Below are positions 35,334 through 48,020 of a DNA stretch of 64,000 bases, piece by piece. Where the stretch lies: assembly GCA_951406725.2 (NCBI GenBank), contig OX597833.1, positions 59,892,001-59,956,000 on the forward strand, given 5' to 3'. Made by a program: the position numbers and the translations under genes. Below the pieces are notes generated by a model. The model saw only the letters and a list, made by a program, of their open reading frames with translations. It was not told where the DNA came from and made no database searches. Position 1 is the stretch's first letter, and the number at the start of each line of letters is the position of its first letter. The stretch comes from Octopus vulgaris (lineage: Eukaryota).

Positions 35334-35662
35334 TGTGTGATGTAGTTTATTAATATGTACACGACCACACACACACACACACACACACATATAATTGTTA
35401 TAGACCCTGTTTATTCAAAGCTGAGTTTGTGCAAGTCACTACTCAGAGTTTCCCCTTTGCTAATCTGTCTGGTTTAATTAAATAATATTCCAGTCCGACT
35501 CACAGTTGGCTGGATTTTTCACTTAATTGCATTGGATACGAGTGTGGAACCATTATATATACTGTGTGTGTGTGTGTATACACACACATATATATCCATA
35601 CATGTTTACATGCATATATGCAAAAATATTGTATATATATATATATATATATATGCAAAATG

Positions 35663-35868
35663 TGACCTCGTGTGTACCGTTGGCGATTTTTTTTTCCTGT
35701 GTCTTCCCTTCTCTGGATCTTTCCTTCTCCTATGTTTCCGACGAAGAGCTCCGCTCGAAACGTTAAGCCCTCCTTCTTCCCTTCTTTCCTGAGCGTCCAA
35801 TAATACTATATTTGTTCCACGTCCTCGCGTCGTTGTGTTTTTTTTGTGCTTTCTTGTTTGGATTAACT
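35663..35868 (+). mobile_element. Family H copy with hammerhead-like motif (35734-35768)
   Basis: GUUU-CCGACGA-A-GAGC(ucc)GCUC-GAA-ACGU-U-AAGC; flanked by (TA)n. Confidence 0.7.
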
Positions 35869-35869
35869 T

Positions 35870-35922
<53 letters not shown>

Positions 35923-36300
35923 TTTTTTATATATATACACATATATGTGTGTGTGTGTCTCTGTTACATTGTGTTCACTAAAATTTATAGATATGCTTTG
36001 TAGTTTGGTATAACAACATGGAAATTAAACGACATACAATTGTGTATGTGTGTGCGTCATGTACTCACCCAATATTCTTGTATTGAGTAAGAACACTCCT
36101 CCTACCCCACTCCGAGGTATTTTCCCACAGCCATTTATTGATATGTAACAACTGTTTTAATTTTGTCAGGCTATTTATGTTTGTGTCTGTGCTCGGGTGT
36201 ATGTTGTTGTGTATATATGTGTGTATGTAGTTACACACACCCTGATATTGCAAAATACACATGCAGGAATGATGTAATAACTGGACGGATCATGCGTCTG

Positions 36301-36674
36301 TCTGTCTGTCTTTTAAGGGGACCACTTATCTGTCTGTCTTTTAAGGGGACCATTTATCTGTCTGTCTTTTAAGGGGACCACTTATCTGTCTGTCTTTTAA
36401 GGGGACCATTTATCTGTCTGTCTTTTAAGGGGACCATTTATATGTCTGTCTTTTAAGGGGACCATTTATCTGTCTGTCTTTTAAGGGGACCATTTATCTG
36501 TCTGTCTTTTAAGGGGACCATTTATCTGTCTGTCTTTTAAGGGGACCACTTATCTGCCTGTCTTTTAAGGGGACCATTTATCTGTCTGTCTTTTAAGGGG
36601 ACCATTTATCTGCCTGTCTTTTAAGGGGACCATTTATCTGTCTGTCTTTTAAGGGGACCATATATCTGTCTGTT
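36301..36674. repeat. 28-bp minisatellite, 13 copies
   Basis: Unit tctgtctgtcttttaaggggacca(t/c)tta. Confidence 0.98.
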
Positions 36675-37248
36675 TCTTTCTTAATTGGTTTACTTCAGTA
36701 TGTCTTGTCTTTTTGTCTGTCTGTCTGTCTCTCACACACACACACGCACATGCATCAAGACATTCCAATAACTGTTTTCAAAAAGGCATTTTCAAAGTGA
36801 AACCATGTAGTGACTGTCTTCAAGTCTCTAAAATAGCCTCTAGCATGCGGGGCGTAACCATCCTAGTCTTGGCATGACTGATTAACATACCAGTAACATA
36901 CCCCAGACTGTTCCTTTGCTGAAGCAGCCACAGATTGTCTTGAATGTTAACGACATCACCGAACAGATGTTGGGACAATTAACACACTTATCTTGCATTG
37001 ATCAATCATACAGGGAAACATGGCTTGCGATTGTCTGGAGTTACAAATGATTGGGTAATAAGGAGTTTGCGTCCCAACCACATGGTTTTGGGTTCAGTTT
37101 CACTGCATGGCACCTTGGGCACGTGTCCTCTCCACTCTAGTCCTAGATCAACCAAAGGTTTATAGGTAGATTTTGTAGACAGAAACTGAAAGAAGCCTCT
37201 GTGTGTGTATGTGTGCATATATCATCATGATTTATATGTGTGTGTATG

Positions 37249-37279
<31 letters not shown>

Positions 37280-37439
37280 ATCAAAGCAAATAAGTAACAA
37301 GGATGTCCAGGTATTAGTGCATTCCAACCGTTTGCTTTCATTCACCTTACTTCGAGGTGTGTGGATAATACTGGACTGACTTGGTGCCTCAACTTAAGTA
37401 CCTAATTCAACTGAATCTTAATTATTTCTGATGTGTGTG

Positions 37440-37474
<35 letters not shown>

Positions 37475-37479
37475 CGATG

Positions 37480-39725
37480 TTGCACATTCTCACACATGTA
37501 TCACATTCTCATGCACACTGCACATTCACACACAAACATTGCACATTCTAGCATACATTACACATTCTCTTACGCACACAACACGTTCTCTTGCGCACAC
37601 AACACATTCTCTTATGCACATAACACGTTCTCTTGCACATGTAACATGTTCCCTTGTGCACACAACACGTTCTCTTGCACACACAACACGTTCTCTTATG
37701 CACACAACACATTCTCTTGCACATGTAACATGTTCCCTTGTGCACACAACACATTCTCTTGCACACACGACACATTCTCTTGCACACACAACACATTCTC
37801 TTATGCACACAACACGTTCTCTTGCACACACAACACGTTCTCTTGCACACACGACAACGTTCTCTTGCACACACAACACGTTCTCTTATGCACACAACAC
37901 GTTCTCTTGTGCACACAACACGTTCTCTTATGCACACAACACGTTCTCTTGTGCACACAACACGTTCTCTTATGCACACAACACGTTCTCTTATGCACAC
38001 AACACGTTCTCTTATGCACACAACATGTTCTCTTGTGCACACAACACGTTCTCTTGTGCACACAACACGTTCTCTTATGCACACAACACGTTCTCTTATG
38101 CACACAACACGTTCTCTTATGCACACAACACGTTCTCTTATGCACACAACACGTTCTCTTGTGCACACAACACGTTCTCTTATGCACACAACACGTTCTC
38201 TTATGCACACAACACGTTCTCTTGTGCACACAACACGTTCTCTTGTGCACACAACACGTTCTCTTGTGCACACAACACGTTCTCTTGTGCACACAACACG
38301 TTCTCTTGTGCACACAACACGTTCTCTTGTGCACACAACACGTTCTCTTGTGCACACAACACGTTCTCTTGTGCACACAACACGTTCTCTTGTGCACACA
38401 ACACGTTCTCTTGTGCACACAACACGTTCTCTTGTGCACACAACACGTTCTCTTGTGCACACAACACGTTCTCTTGTGCACACAACACGTTCTCTTGTGC
38501 ACACAACACGTTCTCTTGTGCACACAACACGTTCTCTTGTGCACACAACACGTTCTCTTGTGCACACAACACGTTCTCTTGTGCACACAACACGTTCTCT
38601 TATGCACACAACACGTTCTCTTATGCACACAACACGTTCTCTTATGCACACAACACGTTCTCTTGTGCACACAGCACGTTCTCTTGCACATGTAACATGT
38701 TCCCTTGTGCACACAACATGTTCTCTTATGCACACAACACGTTCTCTTGCACACACAACACGTTCTCTGGCACATACGACAACATTCTCTTGCACACATA
38801 ACACATTCTCTTGCACATGTAACACGTTCCCTTGCGCACACAACACGTTCTCTTGTGCACACAACACATTCTCTTATGCACATAACACATTCTCTTGCGC
38901 ACACAACACGTTCTCTTGTGCACACAACACATTCTCTTGCACACACAACACATTCTCTTGCACATGTAACACGTTCCCTTGCGCACACAACACGTTCTCT
39001 TGTGCACACAACACATTCTCTTGCACACACAACACATTCTCTTGCGCACACAACACATTCTCTTATGCACACAACACGTTCTCTTGTGCACACAACACAT
39101 TCTCTTGCACACACAACACATTCTCTTGCGCACACAACACATTCTCTTATGCACACAACACGTTCTCTTGTGCACACAACACATTCTCTTGCACACACAA
39201 CACATTCTCTTATGCACACAACACGTTCTCTTATGCACACGACATGTTCTCTTATGCACACAACACGTTCTCTTATGCACACAACACGTTCCCTTGCACA
39301 CACAACACGTTCTCTTATGCACACAACACATTCTCTTGTGCACACAACACGTTCTCTTATGCACACAACACATTCTCTTATGCACATAACACGTTCTCTT
39401 GCACACACAACACGTTCTCTTGCACACACGACAACGTTCTCTTGCACACACAACACGTTCTCTTATGCACACAACACGTTCTCTTGCACATGTAACATGT
39501 TCCCTTGTGCACACAACACGTTCCCTTGCACACACAACACGTTCTCTTGCACATGTAACATGTTCCCTTGCGCACACAACACGTTCCCTTGCGCACACAA
39601 CACATTCTCTTGCACATGTAACACGTTCCCTTGCGCACACATGTTCCCATGTGCACACATAGCACATTCTCTTGCACATATAACACCCCTCACATACATT
39701 ACACATTCTTGCACTACACATTCCC
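37480..39725. repeat. 21-bp minisatellite, about 105 copies
   Basis: Unit gcacacaacacgttctctt(g/a)t; the long ORFs here are artefacts of the repeat. Confidence 0.98.
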
Positions 39726-39868
39726 ACACACATTAACATATTCATACACACGCACTACAATCATTATCCATTCATTCCTTCAAGTATTTCCATTCAGTCA
39801 ACACAGACAAACAGTCTCTCCTCCTCCAAACAGGCCAACTTCAGTGTATTTTCTTTCTGTAATTCCAG

Positions 39869-39951
39869 CATGGGATTGTACCAATATTTGACCGAAGTGA
39901 GAGTCTTGAAGGGAAACGGATCGGAAGCAATATGAAAATTCAACACACTAG
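39869..39951 (+). other. Candidate 83-nt exon
   Basis: Acceptor tattttctttctgtaattccag and donor AG/GTATGT; one open frame HGIVPIFDRSESLEGKRIGSNMKIQHT with no recognised homology. Confidence 0.3.
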
Positions 39952-40025
39952 GTATGTAAAGTTTCTAAACATTTTTTTTCTTATTTGATGTGGGTTTGCT
40001 AGGTCTGCCTTATTCAGGTGAATTT

Positions 40026-40414
40026 GGAGGGAAGCACTCCGTTGGTTACGACGATGAAGGTTCCGGTTGACCTGAATCAACGGAACAGCCTGCTCGTGAA
40101 ATTAACGTGTAAGTGGCTGAGCACTCCACAGACACGTATACCCTTAACGTAATTCTCGGGGATATTCAGCGTGACACAGAGAGTGACAAGGCCGGCCCTT
40201 TGAAATACAGGTACAACAGAAACAGGAAGTAAGAGTGAGAGAAAGTTGTGGTGAAAGAGTACAGCAGGGATCACCACCATCCCCATGCCGGAGCCTCGTG
40301 GAGCTTTAGGTGTTTTCGCTCAATAAACACTCACAATGCCCGGTCTGGGAATCGAAACCGCGATCCTACGACCGCGAGTCCGCTGCCCTAACCACTGGGC
40401 CATTGCGCCTCCAC
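40026..40414 (-). mobile_element. Family C SINE, full length
   Basis: 12-bp TSD TCAGGTGAATTT (40014-40025, 40415-40426). Confidence 0.92.
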
Positions 40415-40511
40415 TCAGGTGAATTTAACATGGTTGTAAATGAATGTAACATGAGTTGATCAGGACCTTCCTGTATATTCAGCATTGGTTATCTACCTTG
40501 TTTGATTACAC

Positions 40512-40994
40512 TGTGTAACAAATTGTTTTTTTTTTTTTTTGGTCTTTGGTCAGTAATTGTTATTTCCTATTTGCTTCTATCTAGAATTCAAAGGAAATGA
40601 CCACCATTCCCTTCAAACTTTGCTTTTGTGACCTGGACATCAATGTTTTGAAACTGACCTATTTCCCATTACATTTCAAACAGATTCAGCACTGAGCTGC
40701 TGAAGCAGAAATATCGTTATAGCAAATATTCTGCTCAATACCACAGATTTGTTTGCCAGTTGCTTGACCTTAATCACTTGAGCATGTCCTTTAGTGGCTG
40801 ACAATATGTGCATCTTTGATCTTGAGCTGGAGTAGTGGGCTGCTCATGAGAGGGATTGAGAGGGATTCTTTGGGGTTTGAATAAATGTAACAAAAGCAAA
40901 GTTTGAAGGAAATATTAGCCATTTTTAATACTTTCTAAGGGTCAGCAAATAGGAAATAACAGTTGCTACCCAAGGGCAAAAACGGTGTTACACA
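40512..40994. mobile_element. Old fold-back/MITE with imperfect inverted arms of about 110-120 bp
   Basis: tgtgtaaca..ttatttcctatttgct..ccttcaaactttgcttttgt vs acaaaagcaaagtttgaagg..agcaaataggaaataa..tgttacaca. Confidence 0.7.
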
Positions 40995-41069
40995 AAGTTA
41001 TCCAAAGAATTTCCTGAGAAATCATGCAAGCCTGGCAAGATTATATATGCTGTGTATACACAGAGGTGT

Positions 41070-41385
41070 ATCATCATCATCGTTTAGCATCCGCTTTCCA
41101 TGCTAGCATGGGTTGGACGGTTCAACTGGGGTCTGGGAAGCCAGAAGGCTGCACCAGGCCCAGTCTGATCTAGCAATGTTTCTACGGCTGGATGCCCTTC
41201 CTAACGCCAACCACTCCATGAGTGTAGTTTGTGCTTTTTACGTGCCAGACGAGTCTGGCAAACGGCCACGATCGGATGGTGCTTTTTATGTGCCACCAGC
41301 ACAGAGGCCAGTCGGGGCGGCGCTGGCAACGACCACGTTCAGATGGTTCTCTTACGTGCCCTCGGCACTGGTATCTCAGCTGCAA
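41070..41385 (-). mobile_element. Family D copy
   Basis: (CAT)n, ttccatgctagcatgggttggacgg..ggatgcccttcctaacgccaacc. Confidence 0.85.
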
Positions 41386-41464
41386 TTTGTATATGTTTAT
41401 ATAATTCATTCAATGTTATACTTATAAAGAATTTGTTTTATTTTCACAATATTCAAAGATTCTT

Positions 41465-42005
41465 CTCTGCTACACACACCTTACATCATTCAGTGATATG
41501 TCATCTGCTACTGACACTTATCTAACATCATTCAATGACACATATTGTCTGTTGCTGGTACATACCCAACCATTTTTCAGTGACCCATGTTGTCTACTAC
41601 CGACATACACCCAACATCATTCAAGAACACATCTGTTACTGACGCTTAACATCATACAATGACACATGTTGTCTGTTACTGACACACACCTAACATCATA
41701 CAATGACACATGTTGTCTGTTACTGACACACACCTAACATCATACAATGACACATGTTGTCTGTTACTGACACACACCTAACATCATACAATGACACATG
41801 TTGTCTGTTACTGACACACACCTAACATCATACAATGACACATGTCTGCTACTGAGACACACCTTACATCATTCAATGACATGTTGTTTGTTATTGACAC
41901 ACATCTTACACCATTCAATAACATATGTCATCTGCTACCAACACACACCTAATATCATACAATAACACATGTTGTCTGTTGCTAACACATACCTATCAGC
42001 ATTCA
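41465..42005. repeat. 44-bp minisatellite, about 12 copies with an identical central block
   Basis: Unit acatcatacaatgacacatgttgtctgttactgacacacaccta. Confidence 0.95.
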
Positions 42006-42098
42006 AATTAAGCATTATGATGAGGATAAGGGTGTTCAATTTACTGTAGAAGGCCTTAGGCCAATAATATATATGGTGTGGAATGGAATATATGTAAT

Positions 42099-42391
42099 TT
42101 ATTTATTTATTTATGCGCCCTTTTTCAAGCCTAGCCAGGCTCATGGGCCCGGTTTCCTGGTTTCTGTGGTGTATGTGTTTCCCACAGCTGGACGGGACAC
42201 CAGTTCATTGTCACGTTACTCATGAAACAGGAAGAGAGAGTGAGAGAAAGTTGTGGTCCCCTGCCGGAGCCTCGTGGAGCTTTAGGTGTTTTCGCTCAAT
42301 AAACACACACAACGCCCTGTCTGGGAATCGAAACCATGATCCTCCAAATGCGAGTCCACTGCCCTAACCACTGGGCCATTGCACCTCCGCA
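42099..42391 (-). mobile_element. Family C-headed SINE with a different tail
   Basis: C head at 42260-42390; distinct tail ending (TAAA)n; TSD GGAA(T/C)ATATGTAAT. Confidence 0.8.
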
Positions 42392-42522
42392 GGAACATAT
42401 GTAATAGTATTGATTAAATTAACTCCTGTCTTTGATTAATTCTACCTAAATATAAGATGAGGTCATTTCTGGAGATAGAATTGACACAGTTTCTGAAGGA
42501 CTGGTTCTGATGTTGATGGTTA

Positions 42523-42756
42523 AAGGCGGTGAGCTGGCAGAATCATTAGCACGCCGGGCGAAATGCTAAACGGTATTTCGTCTGCCGCTACGTTTTGAGT
42601 TCAAATTCCGCCAAGGTTGACTTTGCCTTTCATCCTTTCGGGGTCGTTTAAATAAATACCAGTTACACACTGGGGTCGATATAATCGAGTTAATCCATTT
42701 GTCTATCCTTGTTTGTCCCCTCTGTGTTTAGCCTCTTGTGGGCAGTAAAGAAATAG
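42523..42756 (+). mobile_element. Family B SINE monomer
   Basis: Full head and tail. Confidence 0.9.
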
Positions 42757-43206
42757 GTTATGTTCCCCCCCTGACACTACAATATGTTCCCCCCATACAC
42801 TGACACTACAATAGTGATGATGATTATGATGGTATTGGTAGTAGCAATGAGTGATGGGATGTCCTCTCTCTCTCTCTCCATTGACAATTCCCACAATTCA
42901 GTAATCCAGCTTGGTGTAGTTTACTTTGACAACTTCCAGTTTACTGTCACTAACATGTTGACAACTTCCTCAGGCCTCACCCTACACCCATCCTCCTCTG
43001 TAATCGCCATGGTGATGATGGTGGTAGTGGTGGTGATGATGATTCTGTTGCTCTTCTCCTTTATCTGATGTCCCCCTTTTCTACATCACACCCAAACATA
43101 CACGAACACTAACGTACATCATATGCACACACACACGCAATCACACACACGCACACAATCACAGCACACATATACACAAGCACTAACACACATACAAAAA
43201 TATATC

Positions 43207-43438
43207 TATTTCTTTACTACCCACAAGGGGCTAAACACAGAGAGGACAAACAAGGATAGACAAACAGATGAAGTTGATTATATCGACCCCAGTGCATAAC
43301 TGGTATTTATTTAATCGACCCCGAAAGGATGAAAGGCAAAGTCGACCTCGGCGGCATTTGAACTCAGAACGTAACGGCAGACGAAATACAGCTACGCATT
43401 TCGCCCAGCTTGCTAACGTTTCTGCCAGCTCGCCGCCC
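43207..43438 (-). mobile_element. Family B SINE monomer
   Basis: 17-bp TSD ACATAC(A/G)AAAATATATC (43190-43206, 43441-43457). Confidence 0.9.
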
Positions 43439-43789
43439 TGACATACGAAAATATATCGGCTGTACATGTACACATCACAAAAAACACTCCACAAACACAT
43501 TGCACACAGAGAAACAAATCACACACAGATGCACGCACCCACACAAAAACCCATATCACACACACACACACGCGCGCGCACGCATACGTGCACACTATTA
43601 AGGCCCACTGCTTAGTTCTTGTGTTAAGTGGATGAGAGAGAAATCTCCTCTTGGATAGGAAAAGTCTCTTTTAAAATGTATCCCTCCCTCCTATATTGAT
43701 GGCCTTGGGTTCAAATGTCAGTAGCCTTGCCACTTTGGTGTACCGACTTTTCAAATTTATAGTCTTCCCTGAGTATTTTTTGCCAACAC

Positions 43790-45650
43790 ATACCAGCACA
43801 GACTGGCTTAGATTGGCACAGACCAACACAGGCTAGTACAGATTAACAAAGACCGACATAGACCGGCACGGACCAACATGGACCGACATTGAGCGGCACA
43901 AACTGATATTGAGCGGCACAAACTGACATTGAGCGGCATGGACCGACATTGACTGGCATGGAGTGACATTGAGCGGCATGGAGTGACATTGACTGGCATG
44001 GAGTGACATTGACTGGCATGGACCGACATTGACTGGCATGGAGTGACATTGACTGGCATGGAGTGACATTGACTGGCATGGACCGACATTGACTGGCACG
44101 GACCTACATTGAGCGGCACGAACCGACATTGACTGGCACAAACTGACATTGAGCGGCATGGACCGACATTGACTGGCATGGAGTGACATTGAGCGGCATG
44201 GAGTGACATTGACTGGCATGGAGTGACATTGACTGGCATGGAGTGACATTGACTGGCATGGAGTGACATTGACTGGCATGGAGTGACATTGACTGGCATG
44301 GACCGACATTGACTGGCACGGACCTACATTGAGCGGCACGAACCGACATTGACTGGCACAAACTGACATTGAGCGGCATGGACCGACATTGACTGGCATG
44401 GAGTGACATTGAGCGGCATGGAGTGACATTGACTGGCATGGAGTGACATTGACTGGCATGGAGTGACATTGACTGGCATGGAGTGACATTGACTGGCATG
44501 GAGTGACATTGACTGGCATGGACCGACATTGACTGGCACGGACCTACATTGAGCGGCACGAACCGACATTGACTGGCACAAACTGACATTGAGCGGCATG
44601 GACCGACATTGACTGGCATGGAGTGACATTGAGCGGCATGGAGTGACATTGACTGGCATGGAGTGACATTGACTGGCATGGAGTGACATTGACTGGCATG
44701 GAGTGACATTGACTGGCATGGAGTGACATTGACTGGCATGGACCGACATTGACTGGCACGGACCTACATTGAGCGGCACGAACCGACATTGACTGGCACA
44801 AACTGACATTGAGCGGCATGGACCGACATTGACTGGCATGGAGTGACATTGACCGGCATGGAGTGACATTGACCGGCATGGAGTGACATTGACCGGCATG
44901 GAGTGACATTGACCGGCATGGAGTGACATTGACTGGCATGGAGTGACATTGACCGGCATGGAGTGACATTGACCGGCATGGAGTGACATTGTCTGGCATG
45001 GACCGACATTGAGCGGCACGAACCGACATTGAGTGGCACAGACCAACATTGAGTGGCACGGACCGACATTGATTGGCACATGCCGACATTGATTGGCACA
45101 TACCGACATATACCGGCACGGAGTGACATTGACCGGCATGGACCGACATTGACCGGCATGGGCCGACATTGACCGGCATGGACCGACATTGACCGACATT
45201 GAGCGGCATGGACCGACATTGAGTGGCACGAACCGACATTGAGCAGCACGAACCGACATTGAGCAGCACGAACCGACATTGAGCAGCACGAACCGACATT
45301 GATCGGCATGGAGTGACATTGACCGGCACAGACCGACATTGACTGGCACGGACCGACATTGACCGGCACGGACCGACATTGAGCGGCACGGACTGACATA
45401 CAAGCCGACATAGGCTGGCATAGACCAGCACAGATTGACATAAACTAGTGCAGACTGACACTAGCTAACATGGATTGACATAGACCAGCACAGACTGACA
45501 TAAGCTGGCTCAGTCAAGCACATGCCAGCCCAGACCAGCATATCCTGATACTGACTGACACAGACCAACTAAGACTGGCACCAACCAACGCAGATCCTCA
45601 CAGGCTGCTACTGACCTGTTCAGACTGGCTGACACCGACATAGACTAGTA
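43790..45650. repeat. 10/20-bp satellite with a 220-bp higher-order repeat
   Basis: Monomer gacattgactggcatggagt; marker variant gacctacatt at 44101, 44321, 44541 and 44761. Confidence 0.98.
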
Positions 45651-46064
45651 CAGCCTTACATAAACCAATGCAGTGCATACCTTTGTATGTATTTATTTAT
45701 GCATACATAAATATCTGTAAAGGTGTGCAGTATGGCCAAATGGTTTAGAAGTTTGTTTCACAATCAGAAGATCTCGAGTTTGTTCCTGTTGTGTGGTATT
45801 CTGTTCTTGGGTAAAATACCTCTTTGTTTTTTACTTGCTCCATTCCACTCAGCTAAAAATGAAGACCAACAACATCTTGTTCAAGGGAGAATGTTATATT
45901 CTCATGTGAGGGTGTTCACTCTTTGACAAATTGTGGGCTCCTTTGGTGGGTGGGTGGGTGGGGTGCTAGTATTATAATCTTATTTCACTTAAATGCCATG
46001 GAGACTGAAATGAGCTCTGGACCAATCAGCCACTAAGCATACAACACACCTATATATATATATC

Positions 46065-46122
<58 letters not shown>

Positions 46123-46164
46123 TTTAGGATTAGTTATACTTTAGTTAGCGCTGCCTTGACTAGC

Positions 46165-46432
46165 TTCTGTGCCGGTGGCACGTAAAAAGCACCATCCGAT
46201 CGTGGCTGCTGCCAGCCTCCCCTGGCACCTGTGCCGGTGGCGCATAAAAAGCACCCACTACACTCACGGAGTAGTTGGCGTTAGGAAAGGCATCCAACTG
46301 TAGAAACACTGCCAGATCAGACTGGAGCCTGGTGCAGCCTCCTGGCTCCCCAGACCCCAGTCGTACCGTCCAACCCATGCTAGCATGGAAAACGGACGTT
46401 AAACACATGATGATGATGATGATGATGATGAT
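46165..46432 (+). mobile_element. Family D copy
   Basis: gtgccggtggcacgtaaaaagcacc modules and (GAT)n tail. Confidence 0.85.
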
Positions 46433-46437
46433 GTACA

Positions 46438-46598
46438 GGCACGAGTGGCTGTATGGTAAGAAGCTTGCTTCCCAACCACATGGTTCCAGCTTCAGTCCCA
46501 CTGTGTGGCATCTTGGGTTAGTGTCTTCTGCTATAGCCCTGGGCTAACCAATGACTTGTCAGTCGATTTGGTTGACAGAAACTGAAAGAAGTCTATTG

Positions 46599-46631
<33 letters not shown>

Positions 46632-46827
46632 TTGTGTGCCTGTTTGTCCTCTCCCACCATCGCTTGGCAACCGATGTTGGTGTGTTTATGTCCCCATAAC
46701 ATAGCAGTTTGGTAAAAGAGACCAATAAAATAAGTATTAGGCTTACAAAGAATAAGACCTGAGGTCAGTTTGTTCAACTAAAGGCAGTGCTCCAGCATGG
46801 CTGCATTCAAATGACAAACAAGTAAAA

Positions 46828-46828
<1 letters not shown>
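46438..46828 (+). mobile_element. Family A SINE
   Basis: Diverged full-length copy. Confidence 0.85.
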
Positions 46829-46876
<48 letters not shown>

Positions 46877-46918
46877 CACACACACACACACATATACACA
46901 GACACACACACACACATT

Positions 46919-47478
46919 CGGTAATGCCTCGATAAACAAGTTAATTTGTTCCCGGAGACCAGTTGTAAAGTGAAAACTGGTAAAGCAGAGCGATAATTTC
47001 CCATAGTAGCAATGTTAAGAATCACAATTCATTCCCAGAAAAATAATTTTACTTATAAAATTTATAATTCTCATAAATAAATGGCAATAAAACAACAGTA
47101 GAACGTAAAGAATACTTAATGTAAAGTAAAAAGAATGTCAAGATCATTTATAATAAATATTATAATTGTTTTCTGAATCACTTTCGCTAGTATTAGACTC
47201 GCACACACTATCACTTGTAGATGCAATCACCGATTCAAAAGCACTTGTAGACAGACTTGTAGGTTTCTTTTTAAAAAGACAAGTCTAGAGTTGTTTGCTT
47301 AGAAGAAGCTTTTTTTTTTTTCTGCTCTCTATAAATTTCTCGGTAACATGTAGAAGCATTTGTTATGATAGTTAGAAACTTTTGCACTTGGTTCAAAATT
47401 TGGATCTTGTGCTTGAAAAATAAAACTCATAAACCTGGCGTTTTGTAAAGCGGGTCCTTGTAAACTGAAGTATTACTG
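46919..47478 (-). mobile_element. Internally deleted Tigger/pogo-like DNA transposon
   Basis: Imperfect TIR cggtaatgcctcga..acaag vs reverse complement cagtaatacttcag..acaag; minus-strand KQTTLD near 47283-47300, typical of the Tigger C-terminus. Confidence 0.55.
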
Positions 47479-47530
<52 letters not shown>

Positions 47531-47611
47531 AGTAAGCACATAAATGTGAAATAAGGTGGAAAAAAGAGTATTCAAATACCAGAGGTAGAGTAATATACTT
47601 TATTTAAAAGC

Positions 47612-47653
47612 AGCTGTCTGACGAACTGGAACGTGAAACTCTGAGTAACAGCT
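47612..47653 (+). ncRNA. Minimal type I hammerhead ribozyme with canonical core
   Basis: AGCUGU-CUGACGA-AC(uggaac)GU-GAA-ACUC(u)GAGU-A-ACAGCU; predicted cleavage after GUA (47647). Confidence 0.75.
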
Positions 47654-47754
47654 TTTGTTATATATCTGCTGCTTTTAAATAAAGTATATATATACACATA
47701 CACACACGCACGCGCACACACACACACACTCTACTATTAACCCCACATAATATA

Positions 47755-48020
47755 TAATATCACAGAACACAACCATACAAAGCTACGTTGGGCCAGTTAT
47801 GTCGCAAGGCTCACGGACAGTCTTTGGACCCGTGCTGTTGTTGAGTGGTACTCGCACGAAAGGGAGTAACCACTTGGAAGACTTCTCATCAGGTGGGAAG
47901 ATGATCTAAGAAAGATGTTTGGAACACTGGAGGAGAATGGCAAGAACATGAGAAGAATAAACCAAATGCTGTGGCCAGCGGAGCCGACTCGGCACCAGAC
48001 AACCTGGCCAATCCAAATGA
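47755..48020 (+). mobile_element. RTE LINE 3' fossil
   Basis: KLRWASYVARLTDSLWTRAVVEWYSHERE*PLGRLLIRWEDDLRK, matching the WAGHVAR..WT..EW..GRP..RW.DD pattern. Confidence 0.85.

Noticed and set aside
35441-35475. Minus-strand GAAACTCTGAGTA, identical to the 3' half of the 47612 hammerhead
   Set aside because: The upstream core and stem I are missing; at best a decayed relative
36301-36674. CRISPR-like array (also 41465, 43790 and 19785)
   Set aside because: Contiguous tandem units without unique spacers, no cas genes, eukaryotic context
37433-39751. ORFs of 340-585 aa rich in Cys and His
   Set aside because: Product of a stop-free 21-bp minisatellite, open on both strands
43808-45461. Cys-rich repeat protein on the minus strand
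   Set aside because: 20-bp unit gives the same peptide in all three frames; satellite DNA
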